Below, in pieces: positions 18,314-27,204 of a DNA stretch of 32,000 nt (positions are counted from its first letter, which is position 1; the number at the start of each line of letters is the position of its first letter). The notes beneath the pieces are model-generated. The model made no database searches, was not told the DNA's origin, and was given only the letters and a program-made list of their open reading frames with translations. Made by a program: the position numbers and the translations under genes. The stretch is from Candidatus Nanopusillus acidilobi (GTDB lineage: Archaea; Nanobdellota; Nanobdellia; Nanobdellales; Nanobdellaceae), in assembly GCA_001552015.1 (NCBI GenBank), contig CP010514.1:390001-422000 (forward strand), given 5' to 3'.

Positions 18314-19963
18314 ATGTATGAATTTATTAATGATATTATAAAAAAGAGCCTTAGAAAGATTACCATAATATTTAGTATAATAATTGCATTAATAATTATA
18401 ATAGGAAAATATTTACCAGTATTAAAAATATATTATCCTGTTTTATATTTAGCAGCAATTGTTTTTTCATTGGAAGTTATATTTCTAGAATATTACAAAA
18501 CAAAAAAATCATTAGATAAATATTTACTATATTATATAGCATATTTATATTCTCTTTCATTTTCTACAAATAATACTAGAAGACTATTGGAAATTGCAAT
18601 TGAAGAAAAAGCAGAATTTAAGGATATAAATTATTATATGTCAAAAATTCTCTTTTTAACTAATAAATATAATTATACAATTCCAGAAGCTATAAGATAT
18701 ATCCTGCCTTATATTCCAAATAGTAATTTTAAGAGTTTTCTAGAAAGATTCGCAACTTCAATTGATATAGGAGAAGAAGTTGCAGAATTTTTATATAAAG
18801 AATATGAAACACAATTAGCAATATATGAAGCAAATTATGAAAAAGGTTTAGAAAATATAAGATTATTAGATGAATTTATAATATCTTTATTATCTTCTTT
18901 AGGATTTGCATTTTCATTAATATTATTTATACCATTCTTAGTAAGTATAAATATAGTATTTTTGCTAGCAGATTTCTTTATAATATTCATTGTAGTTAAT
19001 TTACTTATATATTATGTATCAAAATATTATATTCCAGATGATGGATTATGGTCTCATTCAAAAGAAAAACCAAAAGAATATATAACAATAAGATATTTAT
19101 TTTATCTTTTATCATTCTTATCTTATATATTATTTTTAGCACTATTTTTTGTATTAAAGTTACAATTATTGGAAGCATTTGCAATAGCAGCAACACCTTT
19201 AGCATATGTAAGTTATAGGATGATATTATTAGAGAGAGCATTAAAAATAAAAGAAAATCATTTTCCAGCATTTTTTAGTAGTATAATAGAATATTCGGAA
19301 ATATTTGGAAGTAATCAAACAAAAATATTAGATAATGTTATTATACATGATTTTGGTTTATTAAATGATGATATTAATAGATTAAGGAAAAGAATAAATA
19401 TAACAAAAAACTATTCCGAATCTTGGAAATATTTTATAGTTGAATTAGGAAGTTCAATTGCAGAAAAAATAATAAAGGTATTTGAAAAAGTTTTATCATA
19501 TAATGGAGATACAAAGAAAGCGGGAGATATGTTATATAATATATTAATTAAGATAACTGAACTTAGATCTAGAAAATCTCAATTTATATCCAATTTAAGG
19601 GGTATTATATATGGAACATATATAGCATTTATAGCAATTCTATTTATAATTGCTCAAATATTATATTTATTAAATCAAATGTTTCAAGGTGTATCTACAG
19701 CACTTGGTTCTGCAGTAGCACAAATAGGTATAAATCTATATACATTTTCAATACCTCTTTATGTATTGCAGGATTACATATTTGTAATATCTATTATTGA
19801 AGCTTTTATATTGGCAGGAACATTAAAAAATATAGACGGAGGATCTAAACTTGGAATGTTCTTGGATGCAGTAGTTATGATATGGTTAAGCGCATTATTA
19901 AATATTGGAGTATATTATTTATTCACTCATGTATTTTCTGGCTTATCTTTAGTAAAAATATAG
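18314..19963 (+). CDS. GspF/TadC/FlaJ-like membrane protein (orphan, without neighbouring ATPase)
   Basis: Hydrophobic spans and FlaJ-like repeats (MLYNILIKITELRSRKSQFISNLRGIIYGTYIAFIAILFII), similar layout to the 2049-4058 product. Confidence 0.7.
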   Translation: MYEFINDIIKKSLRKITIIFSIIIALIIIIGKYLPVLKIYYPVLYLAAIVFSLEVIFLEYYKTKKSLDKYLLYYIAYLYSLSFSTNNTRRLLEIAIEEKAEFKDINYYMSKILFLTNKYNYTIPEAIRYILPYIPNSNFKSFLERFATSIDIGEEVAEFLYKEYETQLAIYEANYEKGLENIRLLDEFIISLLSSLGFAFSLILFIPFLVSINIVFLLADFFIIFIVVNLLIYYVSKYYIPDDGLWSHSKEKPKEYITIRYLFYLLSFLSYILFLALFFVLKLQLLEAFAIAATPLAYVSYRMILLERALKIKENHFPAFFSSIIEYSEIFGSNQTKILDNVIIHDFGLLNDDINRLRKRINITKNYSESWKYFIVELGSSIAEKIIKVFEKVLSYNGDTKKAGDMLYNILIKITELRSRKSQFISNLRGIIYGTYIAFIAILFIIAQILYLLNQMFQGVSTALGSAVAQIGINLYTFSIPLYVLQDYIFVISIIEAFILAGTLKNIDGGSKLGMFLDAVVMIWLSALLNIGVYYLFTHVFSGLSLVKI

Positions 19964-20403
19964 TTTATTTTTCTTTCTTTTGGTATAAAATCTTTTAATA
20001 TATTATTTTTAATATAAACACTGCATAAAATATCATTATTATCTTTTGCTATATAAAAACCATTTTCAAAATTTTTTTCCAATTTTATATTTTCATTAGA
20101 TCCATAAAAAAGATTTTCTTTTTTTATTTCAATACTTTTATTAGAATTTATTCCAAAGATCTGCGCTCCTTCTATACTGAATCTATATCTATTATTTTTT
20201 TCTATTTTAATTACATATAAACCATATTTTTTAATATATTTTTCATCTAAAAAATCTGAAAAATTCTTATTAAACATATATATTTTATCTTTATTAATAA
20301 AAAATCTATATTTTTTTATTATTGATCTATCTATATTTATATTATAGTATTCTTCTATTTTCTTAAATATTTCCTCTATATTCTTTTTATTTAATTCTTT
20401 CAT
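19927..20403 (-). CDS. Small protein, possibly with a PUA-like domain
   Basis: YRFSIEGAQIFG..SNKSIEIKKENLFYGSN.. and following segment resemble a degenerate PUA-like RNA-binding fold; weak. Confidence 0.35.
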   Translation of the reverse strand: MKELNKKNIEEIFKKIEEYYNINIDRSIIKKYRFFINKDKIYMFNKNFSDFLDEKYIKKYGLYVIKIEKNNRYRFSIEGAQIFGINSNKSIEIKKENLFYGSNENIKLEKNFENGFYIAKDNNDILCSVYIKNNILKDFIPKERKINYIFTKDKPENT

Positions 20404-21626
20404 AATTTTTCCACAGCTTCCTTTATATATGATATTTCATTTTCATTAAATCCCAATATTTCTGCATATTTTCTTCCTATTTTTTCATTTTCTTTCATTA
20501 AAACTATTAATGTATTTATATATACCTCTCTAACTCTATGCTTTGATGTATGAACCTTCTTTTGTAAATTTTTTGATAATTCTTCAATTTTTTCTCTTAT
20601 TTCCTTATTTTGCGATAGTCTCCTTACATATTGAGGCATCCTGTATTTTGTAAATTTATTATATCTTTTTTCCTTTGCCAATGCAACACCAGCATACATT
20701 AATGTTGTAAAATATTTTAATAGATCCCAATATTGTCTTCTATAAATTCTTCCATAAAATACAATTGCTAATGATAACCAATTATAAGCTTCATATATTT
20801 CTTTTATATTTTCATATTCATTTGATATATTTTCTTCAACCCATGCTTTAATTTCTTCAGGATCCATATCTACATCTGCAAATGGTAATGTAGCACCATT
20901 TATTGTATTTGCCTTAAACATTTGACCTAATGCTCTAAATATTGTAATTTCTCTTTCTCTATAACCTAAAACTTCTAAATCCTTTAATGTAATATGATTA
21001 GTCATTGTTGCTAATGCCTGTAAATCATTTATTGCACTTCTTAAATCACCAGAAGATCTATCTGCAAGTGCAGATAATGCATTATCATCAATTGTTATTT
21101 TTTCATTTGCACAAATCCTCTTTAATTGTCTTATTATATCAGTATTTGATAATTTCTTAAATTCAATCATATCACATAAATCTCTTAATTTCTTAAATTT
21201 TGGATCCCATGGATCGTTTGCAGTTAATATTATTGGCCATCTTGATTCTTCTATTATTTTTACCAATGCTCCAACTCCTCCTCTATCTTGAAATCCTGCT
21301 AATCCATCAACTTCATCAATCAATATTATTCTTCCTTTTTTGAGAAATGGTTTTCCTTTTATTGCTTCTCCCAATTTTTCATGTATAATCCTTGCATTTC
21401 TATTATCTGAAGCATTTAATTCTACAACTTCATAATTTAAATCATTTGCAATTGCATATATTGATGATGTTTTTCCAACACCTGGAGGTCCATATATTAA
21501 TAATGCTTTTTTATTTACATTTGGATATTTTTCAATAAAGGACTTTATTTTTCCAATAGCTTCTGATTGATTAATTATTTCATTAATATGCTTTGGTGCA
21601 TATTTTTTTATCCATGGTTCAACCAT
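20400..21626 (-). CDS. rfcL: Replication factor C large subunit
   Basis: PWIKKYAPKHINEIINQ, YGPPGVGKTSSIYAIAN, ELNASDNRN, IILIDEVDGLAG, SSGDLRSAINDLQAL. Confidence 0.95.
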   Translation of the reverse strand: MVEPWIKKYAPKHINEIINQSEAIGKIKSFIEKYPNVNKKALLIYGPPGVGKTSSIYAIANDLNYEVVELNASDNRNARIIHEKLGEAIKGKPFLKKGRIILIDEVDGLAGFQDRGGVGALVKIIEESRWPIILTANDPWDPKFKKLRDLCDMIEFKKLSNTDIIRQLKRICANEKITIDDNALSALADRSSGDLRSAINDLQALATMTNHITLKDLEVLGYREREITIFRALGQMFKANTINGATLPFADVDMDPEEIKAWVEENISNEYENIKEIYEAYNWLSLAIVFYGRIYRRQYWDLLKYFTTLMYAGVALAKEKRYNKFTKYRMPQYVRRLSQNKEIREKIEELSKNLQKKVHTSKHRVREVYINTLIVLMKENEKIGRKYAEILGFNENEISYIKEAVEKL

Positions 21627-21681
21627 TATTTAATATTTATAATTAGAATATTAAAACATATGGAATATATTTTATATCACC

Positions 21682-21701
21682 ACTATCTTATAATAGATAG
21701 T
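21682..21701. repeat. Perfect inverted repeat ACTATCT-N6-AGATAGT
   Basis: ACTATCTTATAATAGATAGT between divergent rfcL and ORF 21740. Confidence 0.5.
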
Positions 21702-21739
21702 ATTGATAAGTTTAAGAAATTTTAATAATATATTTAGTT

Positions 21740-22417
21740 ATGAAAGAAACAAACTCGAATCAAAATCAAAAGCAACCTAAAACATTAGAAGAAGCATTAG
21801 AAGAAGCAAAGGTAAACAAAGTATTAATGGAAACCTCAAAAATATATGATTCTTATCTATACAAAGTAGGAGCGGCACTCACAAGAATAATAGAAAAAGC
21901 ACCACAGGCTGCAGAAGAATACAAAAGATTAGTAGAAAACTTACAGAAGTGGGGCGAATGTAAAAGTTTTTTAACCAGAGATAAAAATACTCTCCAAAAG
22001 TGTAGAGATGAATACAACTTTAAGAATGGGTTAATGGAAGGCATCAATGAATATTTATATTATATATTAGTACGTACACCAGAAGAAATTAAAGAATTTA
22101 CAGAAGCTTTGAAATTTTTAGCAGAAGAGCAAGTAATAGATCGCTTGTATAAACTCTATCAAGAAGTAAAAAAACTAAAATTAGAATATTTATTAGAAGT
22201 AAATAAATATAATCAAATGTCTCCAGAAGATCTAGATCAAAGGTTATATGAAACCTCATCTGAGTCTGTTGAGTCTCTTATATTTCAGTATTTGGAGAAC
22301 CCTAAAGGTCGTAAAGAACAATTTATGAAATATTTAGGATATACACCATTAGAAGATGCTGATATAGCAGCATGTAGATTATATGGTGGTTGTAAAACAG
22401 AAAAACAAAATACATAA
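21740..22417 (+). CDS. ORFan, helical soluble protein of unknown function
   Basis: Long open frame with own promoter-like region (tttaagaaattttttaataatatattt) and mostly charged/helical composition. Confidence 0.55.
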   Translation: MKETNSNQNQKQPKTLEEALEEAKVNKVLMETSKIYDSYLYKVGAALTRIIEKAPQAAEEYKRLVENLQKWGECKSFLTRDKNTLQKCRDEYNFKNGLMEGINEYLYYILVRTPEEIKEFTEALKFLAEEQVIDRLYKLYQEVKKLKLEYLLEVNKYNQMSPEDLDQRLYETSSESVESLIFQYLENPKGRKEQFMKYLGYTPLEDADIAACRLYGGCKTEKQNT

Positions 22418-22447
22418 GACTTTTTGATAAAATCTTTTTTACTTAAT

Positions 22448-22511
22448 TTTTATTTAATGACCAAATAAAGGGAAAAATCCCCTAGTATATTACTTCCACT
22501 TTTAACTATTT
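22448..22511. repeat. Direct repeat copy 1 (decayed match to 3' end of the 23207-23623 gene)
   Basis: TTTTATTTAATGACCAAATAAAG identical over 23 nt to copy 2, followed by ~40 nt of imperfect similarity ending AACTATTT. Confidence 0.75.
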
Positions 22512-22583
22512 TTAAGTATAGTTATTAGCTACTAAAATAATGGCATAAATTTGAAAAATTTCTTAATATATTAATTAATTATA

Positions 22584-23180
22584 ATGAAACAGTATTCAGT
22601 AATATTAGAGAAAGCCCGACCTATATTAGAGAGAAATTCAAATATTTTACCACTATTAGAAAAATTAATAGAAAAAGCTTATTCTCCCCATTCATCTAAA
22701 TTCGATATTAAAATAGTGGATATTATTGAAGACTATATTGATAAGTGTATAGATCCTACAAATATTCAGAAATTCAAAAAAGGCTTAGAATACCTATTGA
22801 ACGATGGAGTATATAATCAACTACATAACATGTATCTGTACATGCTTAATTATAAAAGCCCAGATATGCTTAGTGACGATACAGAGCTAGCACATAATCC
22901 ATTATTAGCAACAGCATTTAATATATCTCCTTCATTAGAAGAAGAACTCAAGAATATATTATATAGATATTTGCGCTCCCCAATCCCACCAATATCGGAT
23001 CATAGTTTCTCATATTGGGAGATTGAAAGAAAACGTAAACAGGAAATGGCAGCATATGATGCTATTTATCATGCTATCCAATATTTATTGAGCAATCCTG
23101 ATTTATATATACAGAATATTAAATTAGGCAATTATTCAATTATATTTAATGATAAACCTTGTGGGAATAAAACAAAATAA
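22584..23180 (+). CDS. ORFan of unknown function, flanked by the two direct repeat copies
   Basis: Long open frame preceded by BRE/TATA-like aaatttgaaaaatttcttaatatatt; no recognisable family. Confidence 0.55.
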   Translation: MKQYSVILEKARPILERNSNILPLLEKLIEKAYSPHSSKFDIKIVDIIEDYIDKCIDPTNIQKFKKGLEYLLNDGVYNQLHNMYLYMLNYKSPDMLSDDTELAHNPLLATAFNISPSLEEELKNILYRYLRSPIPPISDHSFSYWEIERKRKQEMAAYDAIYHAIQYLLSNPDLYIQNIKLGNYSIIFNDKPCGNKTK

Positions 23181-23200
23181 TAAAATTAGCCCTTTTTTAA

Positions 23201-23262
23201 TTTTATTTAATGACCAAATAAAGAAAAAAGTCCACTTAATATACCACCGCTTTCAACTATTT
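23201..23262. repeat. Direct repeat copy 2 (contains the 3' end of the 23207-23623 minus-strand gene)
   Basis: TTTTATTTAATGACCAAATAAAG (23201-23223) identical to 22448-22470, with similar following sequence. Confidence 0.75.
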
Positions 23263-23623
23263 GACATGGTAAAATAGCTTCAAATTGATTACCATTCACA
23301 ATATAATATACCCTTACATATGCATTTTCTATAGCTAAACTATTATTTACACTACATGCATTCATAGATCCATAATTTATATCTCCTAAATTACAGGATG
23401 AATTTTCATAAAAATTATATACTGTTACATTCTCCAAATTTTGTTTTGCAGTAATTATAATGAGAGATGTTCCATTTGCATATTGACAACTATATGTAAA
23501 ATATTCCATATATGGAGGTAAATATGATGTTACATAATATGTATAGATTGCGTATAGTATAACCAATATAAAAACTGCTACACCAACCCAAATCACAAAT
23601 TTGGGTATTTTTGAGATATCCAT
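23207..23623 (-). CDS. Single-span membrane-anchored protein with Cys-containing extracellular domain
   Basis: FVIWVGVAVFILVILYAIYTYYV anchor, four Cys in the ectodomain (YSCQ, SSCN, NACS, LPCQ). Confidence 0.6.
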   Translation of the reverse strand: MDISKIPKFVIWVGVAVFILVILYAIYTYYVTSYLPPYMEYFTYSCQYANGTSLIIITAKQNLENVTVYNFYENSSCNLGDINYGSMNACSVNNSLAIENAYVRVYYIVNGNQFEAILPCQIVESGGILSGLFSLFGH

Positions 23624-23633
23624 AAAATTAATT

Positions 23634-23942
23634 TTAATCTACATATATATAAACATATACATATTTATTCCCCTTGTCTTCGATCTTCATATTTTTTATA
23701 ATTTCTTCATATTTTTTATCATCTATATCAAATAGATCTGAATATTTATTTAATATATAATCTAATATTAGTCTTTTTATCATAATATCTTCATTCCCAT
23801 GCAAATTTTCAGCATTATATTCATCTAAAACACCCTCTATTATATATTTTGGAATCTTAAATTCATATTCAATATTATATGGCATGTAAAATTTTACTAT
23901 TTTCCAAAATATAAATGATTGCTTTATATTCTTGAATTTCAA
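23634..23942 (-). CDS. Hypothetical small protein
   Basis: 102-aa ORF fitting neatly between flanking minus-strand genes; no recognised motif. Confidence 0.4.
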   Translation of the reverse strand: MKFKNIKQSFIFWKIVKFYMPYNIEYEFKIPKYIIEGVLDEYNAENLHGNEDIMIKRLILDYILNKYSDLFDIDDKKYEEIIKNMKIEDKGNKYVYVYIYVD

Positions 23943-23958
23943 AAATGATTATCAAAAA

Positions 23959-24927
23959 TTATTTTCTATTTTGTAAACCTCTAAGCCCTATATATGCTAG
24001 CAAAGCACCAAGTTGTATTATTGGATCTGAACCTTCTAATAATCTATATTCTATTTCTCCAGCATAATATATTATATCTAATTTTTCTTTTTCAGATATA
24101 TTCATAGAATAAACTTCCTTTGATAGATATTTAATTATATCTTCTCCTGCAAGACCATATTTTAGCATTAAATCAATTAATTTTTCCCTAGCTTCTACAA
24201 ATTTTCCTTCATATGCTAATTTTAATACTTCCTGTAATTCTTGTGGTTTTGCTACAGAAGCAACTTCATATATTAACTCTGGAGTTATATCTTTAGAATA
24301 TAAAGCTGCAGCTTGTAACATATTTATTGATTTTCTCATATCACCTTCTGAAATATAATATATTGCTTCTAATGCATCATCACTTATATTTAGATTTTCT
24401 TTTTCAGCTATTGATCTTAATAATTCAAACACATCCTTTTTATCTAATTGTTTAAATCTAAATATAACAGTTCTAGATTGTATCGGTTCTATAATTTTTG
24501 ATGAATAATTACATGCCAATATAAATCTTGTTATTGAAGAATATTCTTCCATTATTCTTCTTAAAGCTTGTTGTGCATCTCTTGTCATTGCATCTGCCTC
24601 ATCTAGAAATATAATTTTAAATGGAACATCACCAATTGGTTTTGTTCTTGCAAATTCTTTTACCTTTTCCCTTATTACATCAATCCCTCTATCATCCGAA
24701 GCATTTAATTGTAATATATTTTGTTCCCATTTATCTCCATATAATTCTCTTGCTAATGCCAATGCAGCAGTTGTTTTTCCAACACCAGCAGGTCCTGCAA
24801 ATAATAAATGAGGCATATTTTTATTTTCCACAAATGCTTTCAATCTTTTTACTATCTCATCCTGTCCTTTTATATCATCCAATCTTTTTGGTCTATATTT
24901 TTCAGTCCATATTTCATTCTCTGGCAT
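23959..24927 (-). CDS. rfcS: Replication factor C small subunit
   Basis: [86 protein letters not shown]; no intein. Confidence 0.96.
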   Translation of the reverse strand: MPENEIWTEKYRPKRLDDIKGQDEIVKRLKAFVENKNMPHLLFAGPAGVGKTTAALALARELYGDKWEQNILQLNASDDRGIDVIREKVKEFARTKPIGDVPFKIIFLDEADAMTRDAQQALRRIMEEYSSITRFILACNYSSKIIEPIQSRTVIFRFKQLDKKDVFELLRSIAEKENLNISDDALEAIYYISEGDMRKSINMLQAAALYSKDITPELIYEVASVAKPQELQEVLKLAYEGKFVEAREKLIDLMLKYGLAGEDIIKYLSKEVYSMNISEKEKLDIIYYAGEIEYRLLEGSDPIIQLGALLAYIGLRGLQNRK

Positions 24928-24966
24928 AAATTAATAATTTAAATTAAAACTTAAATACATATTATT

Positions 24967-25626
24967 ATGGACTTCGAATATGTAAAACATAATGATTTAA
25001 TAATATATTATAAGATTTATGATCTTGAATGTTATCCTCCAAAAGAAGATTCTTTTTTATTAAATGATCATATAAGAGAATTTGCTAAAAATAAAAAAGT
25101 ATTAGATATTGGATGCGGATCTGGAATTCAAGGTTTGGAAGCATATAAATATACAAAAAATGTTTCTTTCTCTGATATATCTGAAGAGTGCTTAAAATTA
25201 TCTAAAATAAACTTTTATATAAATTATATAGATAATAATCCTGATCTAGATTATTTATATAAAAATATAGAAAAAATAAATTTGCCAGTAAAATTCTATC
25301 AGTCCGATTTATTTAGTAATATAAATGAAAAATTTGATCTAATACTATTTAATCCTCCATATTTACCAGAAGTAAGTTATGAAGGTATAAAAGTAAGAAG
25401 ATGGGTTTCTGGAGGAAAATTTGGATATGAAACAATTGATAAATTTTTATACCAAAGTATAACTAGATTATATAATTTTGGAGAAATATTGATAATAATG
25501 TCTTCAATAACTAATCCTCAATATATATTAAATAAATATTCAAAATTTTATGATTATAGAATAATAGATAGCATACATATTTTCTTTGAGGATATATTTT
25601 TAATATATTTAAAGAAAAAGTTCTAG
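24967..25626 (+). CDS. HemK/PrmC-type N5-glutamine methyltransferase (archaeal Mtq2-like)
   Basis: PPKEDSFLL, VLDIGCGSGIQGLEA, DLILFNPPYLP (NPPY motif). Confidence 0.85.
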   Translation: MDFEYVKHNDLIIYYKIYDLECYPPKEDSFLLNDHIREFAKNKKVLDIGCGSGIQGLEAYKYTKNVSFSDISEECLKLSKINFYINYIDNNPDLDYLYKNIEKINLPVKFYQSDLFSNINEKFDLILFNPPYLPEVSYEGIKVRRWVSGGKFGYETIDKFLYQSITRLYNFGEILIIMSSITNPQYILNKYSKFYDYRIIDSIHIFFEDIFLIYLKKKF

Positions 25627-25628
25627 TT

Positions 25629-26390
25629 ATGATAGTTGATGATCATGCACATCTATTTTTATATAATAATTTAGATGAAAAAATAAAGGAAAATATTGAA
25701 AGAAATGTAAAATATATAATTGAAAATTCTTTAGATATTGAAAGTATAAATAAAGTAATTGAAGAATCTAAAAAATATGATATAATATATTATGCTTTAG
25801 GATTATACCCTGAAGAAATTGAAAAAATGAATGATAAAGATATAGAAAAAATTTTAGAATTTATTGAAGAAAATAAGGATAAAAAATTTTTGGCAATTGG
25901 AGAAATTGGATTAGATTTCTCTAATGTAGATGAAGATAAAATTAGAAAACAAAAAATATATTTTGAAAAATTTCTAGAATTAGCTGATAGATTAAAGAAA
26001 CCTGCAATAATTCATGCTAGAAAAGCCGAAAAGGAAGTATTAGATATATTAACAAGTTATAATAATAAAAAAGTATTGCATACATTTTGGAAACCTTCTT
26101 TAGCAGATAAAGCAATTGAAATAAATTGCTATTTATCAATACCAACAATTGTCTATAGAGATCCTGGTTTTCAAAAAATTGTAAAAGAAATTCCTTTAGA
26201 ATTTATTTTAACTGAAACAGATTCTCCATATTTAGATCCAATAGAAAAGGGAAAAGCAGTAAATAATTCATGGAAGATAATATATTCATTGGAAAAAATA
26301 TCTGAAATAAAAGATATAGATAAGAAGGAAGTAGAAGAAATAATATTTAATAACTTTGTTAAGGTATATAATATAAATAATGATGAATAG
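25629..26390 (+). CDS. TatD-family metal-dependent hydrolase (second paralogue)
   Basis: IVDDHAHLF, YALGLYPEEI, LAIGEIGLDFS, PAIIHARKAEKE, ILTETDSPYLDP. Confidence 0.85.
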   Translation: MIVDDHAHLFLYNNLDEKIKENIERNVKYIIENSLDIESINKVIEESKKYDIIYYALGLYPEEIEKMNDKDIEKILEFIEENKDKKFLAIGEIGLDFSNVDEDKIRKQKIYFEKFLELADRLKKPAIIHARKAEKEVLDILTSYNNKKVLHTFWKPSLADKAIEINCYLSIPTIVYRDPGFQKIVKEIPLEFILTETDSPYLDPIEKGKAVNNSWKIIYSLEKISEIKDIDKKEVEEIIFNNFVKVYNINNDE

Positions 26391-26427
26391 ATATAGGCTG
26401 AAAAATGATGTAGAACCCGGAAACTGA
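26380..26427 (+). ncRNA. C/D box sRNA (2'-O-methylation guide)
   Basis: C box ATGATGA (26380-26386), 11-nt guide ATAGATATAGG, D' CTGA (26398-26401), AAA, C' ATGATGT (26405-26411), 12-nt guide AGAACCCGGAAA, D CTGA (26424-26427). Confidence 0.75.
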
Positions 26428-26431
26428 TAAA

Positions 26432-27181
26432 ATGAAAATTATATCATGGAATGTTAATGGATTAAAATCAATAATTCAGAAAGGTTTAATTGATTTTATT
26501 AAAAAATATAATGCAGATTTTTATCTATTTCAAGAAATAAAAACAAAAGAAATACCATTAACTTTTCAATTACTTGGATATAATGTATATTCATTCCCTG
26601 CAAAGAAAAGTGGATACAGTGGAGTATTAACATTAACAAAAATAAAACCAAATAATTTAAAATATGGAATTGGAATTGAAAAATTTGATATTGAAGGAAG
26701 GGTTATAACGATGGAATATGATAAATTTTATTTAATAAATGTATATTTTCCAAATGCTGGAGTTGGAACATTAAAAAGATTGGATTTTAAATTGGAATTT
26801 GATAAAGAATTTGAAAAATATGTTTTATCTTTAAATAAACCATGTATAGTTTGCGGAGATTTTAATGTAGCGCACAAGGATATTGATATATATGATCCAA
26901 TAAATTTGAAAGGTTATGCAGGATTTACAGATGAGGAAAGACAATGGTTTGATCATTTTTTATCTTTAGGATTTATTGATACATTTAGATATATAAAAGG
27001 AAATATAAGAAAATATAGCTGGTTTTCATATTCAATTATTGCAAGAAAGAAAAATGAAGGATGGAGACTTGACTATTGTGTAGTAAGTAAAGAATTAAAA
27101 GACAAAATAGTTAATGCAGATATACTAGTAGATATATTTGGATCTGATCATGTTCCAATATTATTGGAAATAAATATATAA
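26432..27181 (+). CDS. xth: Exodeoxyribonuclease III / AP endonuclease (Xth family)
   Basis: KIISWNVNGLKSI, FQEIKT, GYSGVLTLTK, CGDFNVAHKDIDIYDP, WRLDYCVVSK, GSDHVPI. Confidence 0.95.
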   Translation: MKIISWNVNGLKSIIQKGLIDFIKKYNADFYLFQEIKTKEIPLTFQLLGYNVYSFPAKKSGYSGVLTLTKIKPNNLKYGIGIEKFDIEGRVITMEYDKFYLINVYFPNAGVGTLKRLDFKLEFDKEFEKYVLSLNKPCIVCGDFNVAHKDIDIYDPINLKGYAGFTDEERQWFDHFLSLGFIDTFRYIKGNIRKYSWFSYSIIARKKNEGWRLDYCVVSKELKDKIVNADILVDIFGSDHVPILLEINI

Positions 27182-27204
27182 AAAACGAAAATCATTTTTT
27201 ATTT

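Noticed and set aside
19005-19271. Plus-strand out-of-frame ORF 19005..19271
   Set aside because: Nested in the FlaJ-like gene in another frame; leucine/isoleucine-rich shadow of membrane-protein codons.
21853-22047. Minus-strand ORF 21853..22047
   Set aside because: Antisense inside the larger plus-strand ORFan, without promoter-like sequence.
24621-24929. Plus-strand ORF 24621..24929
   Set aside because: Antisense to rfcS.
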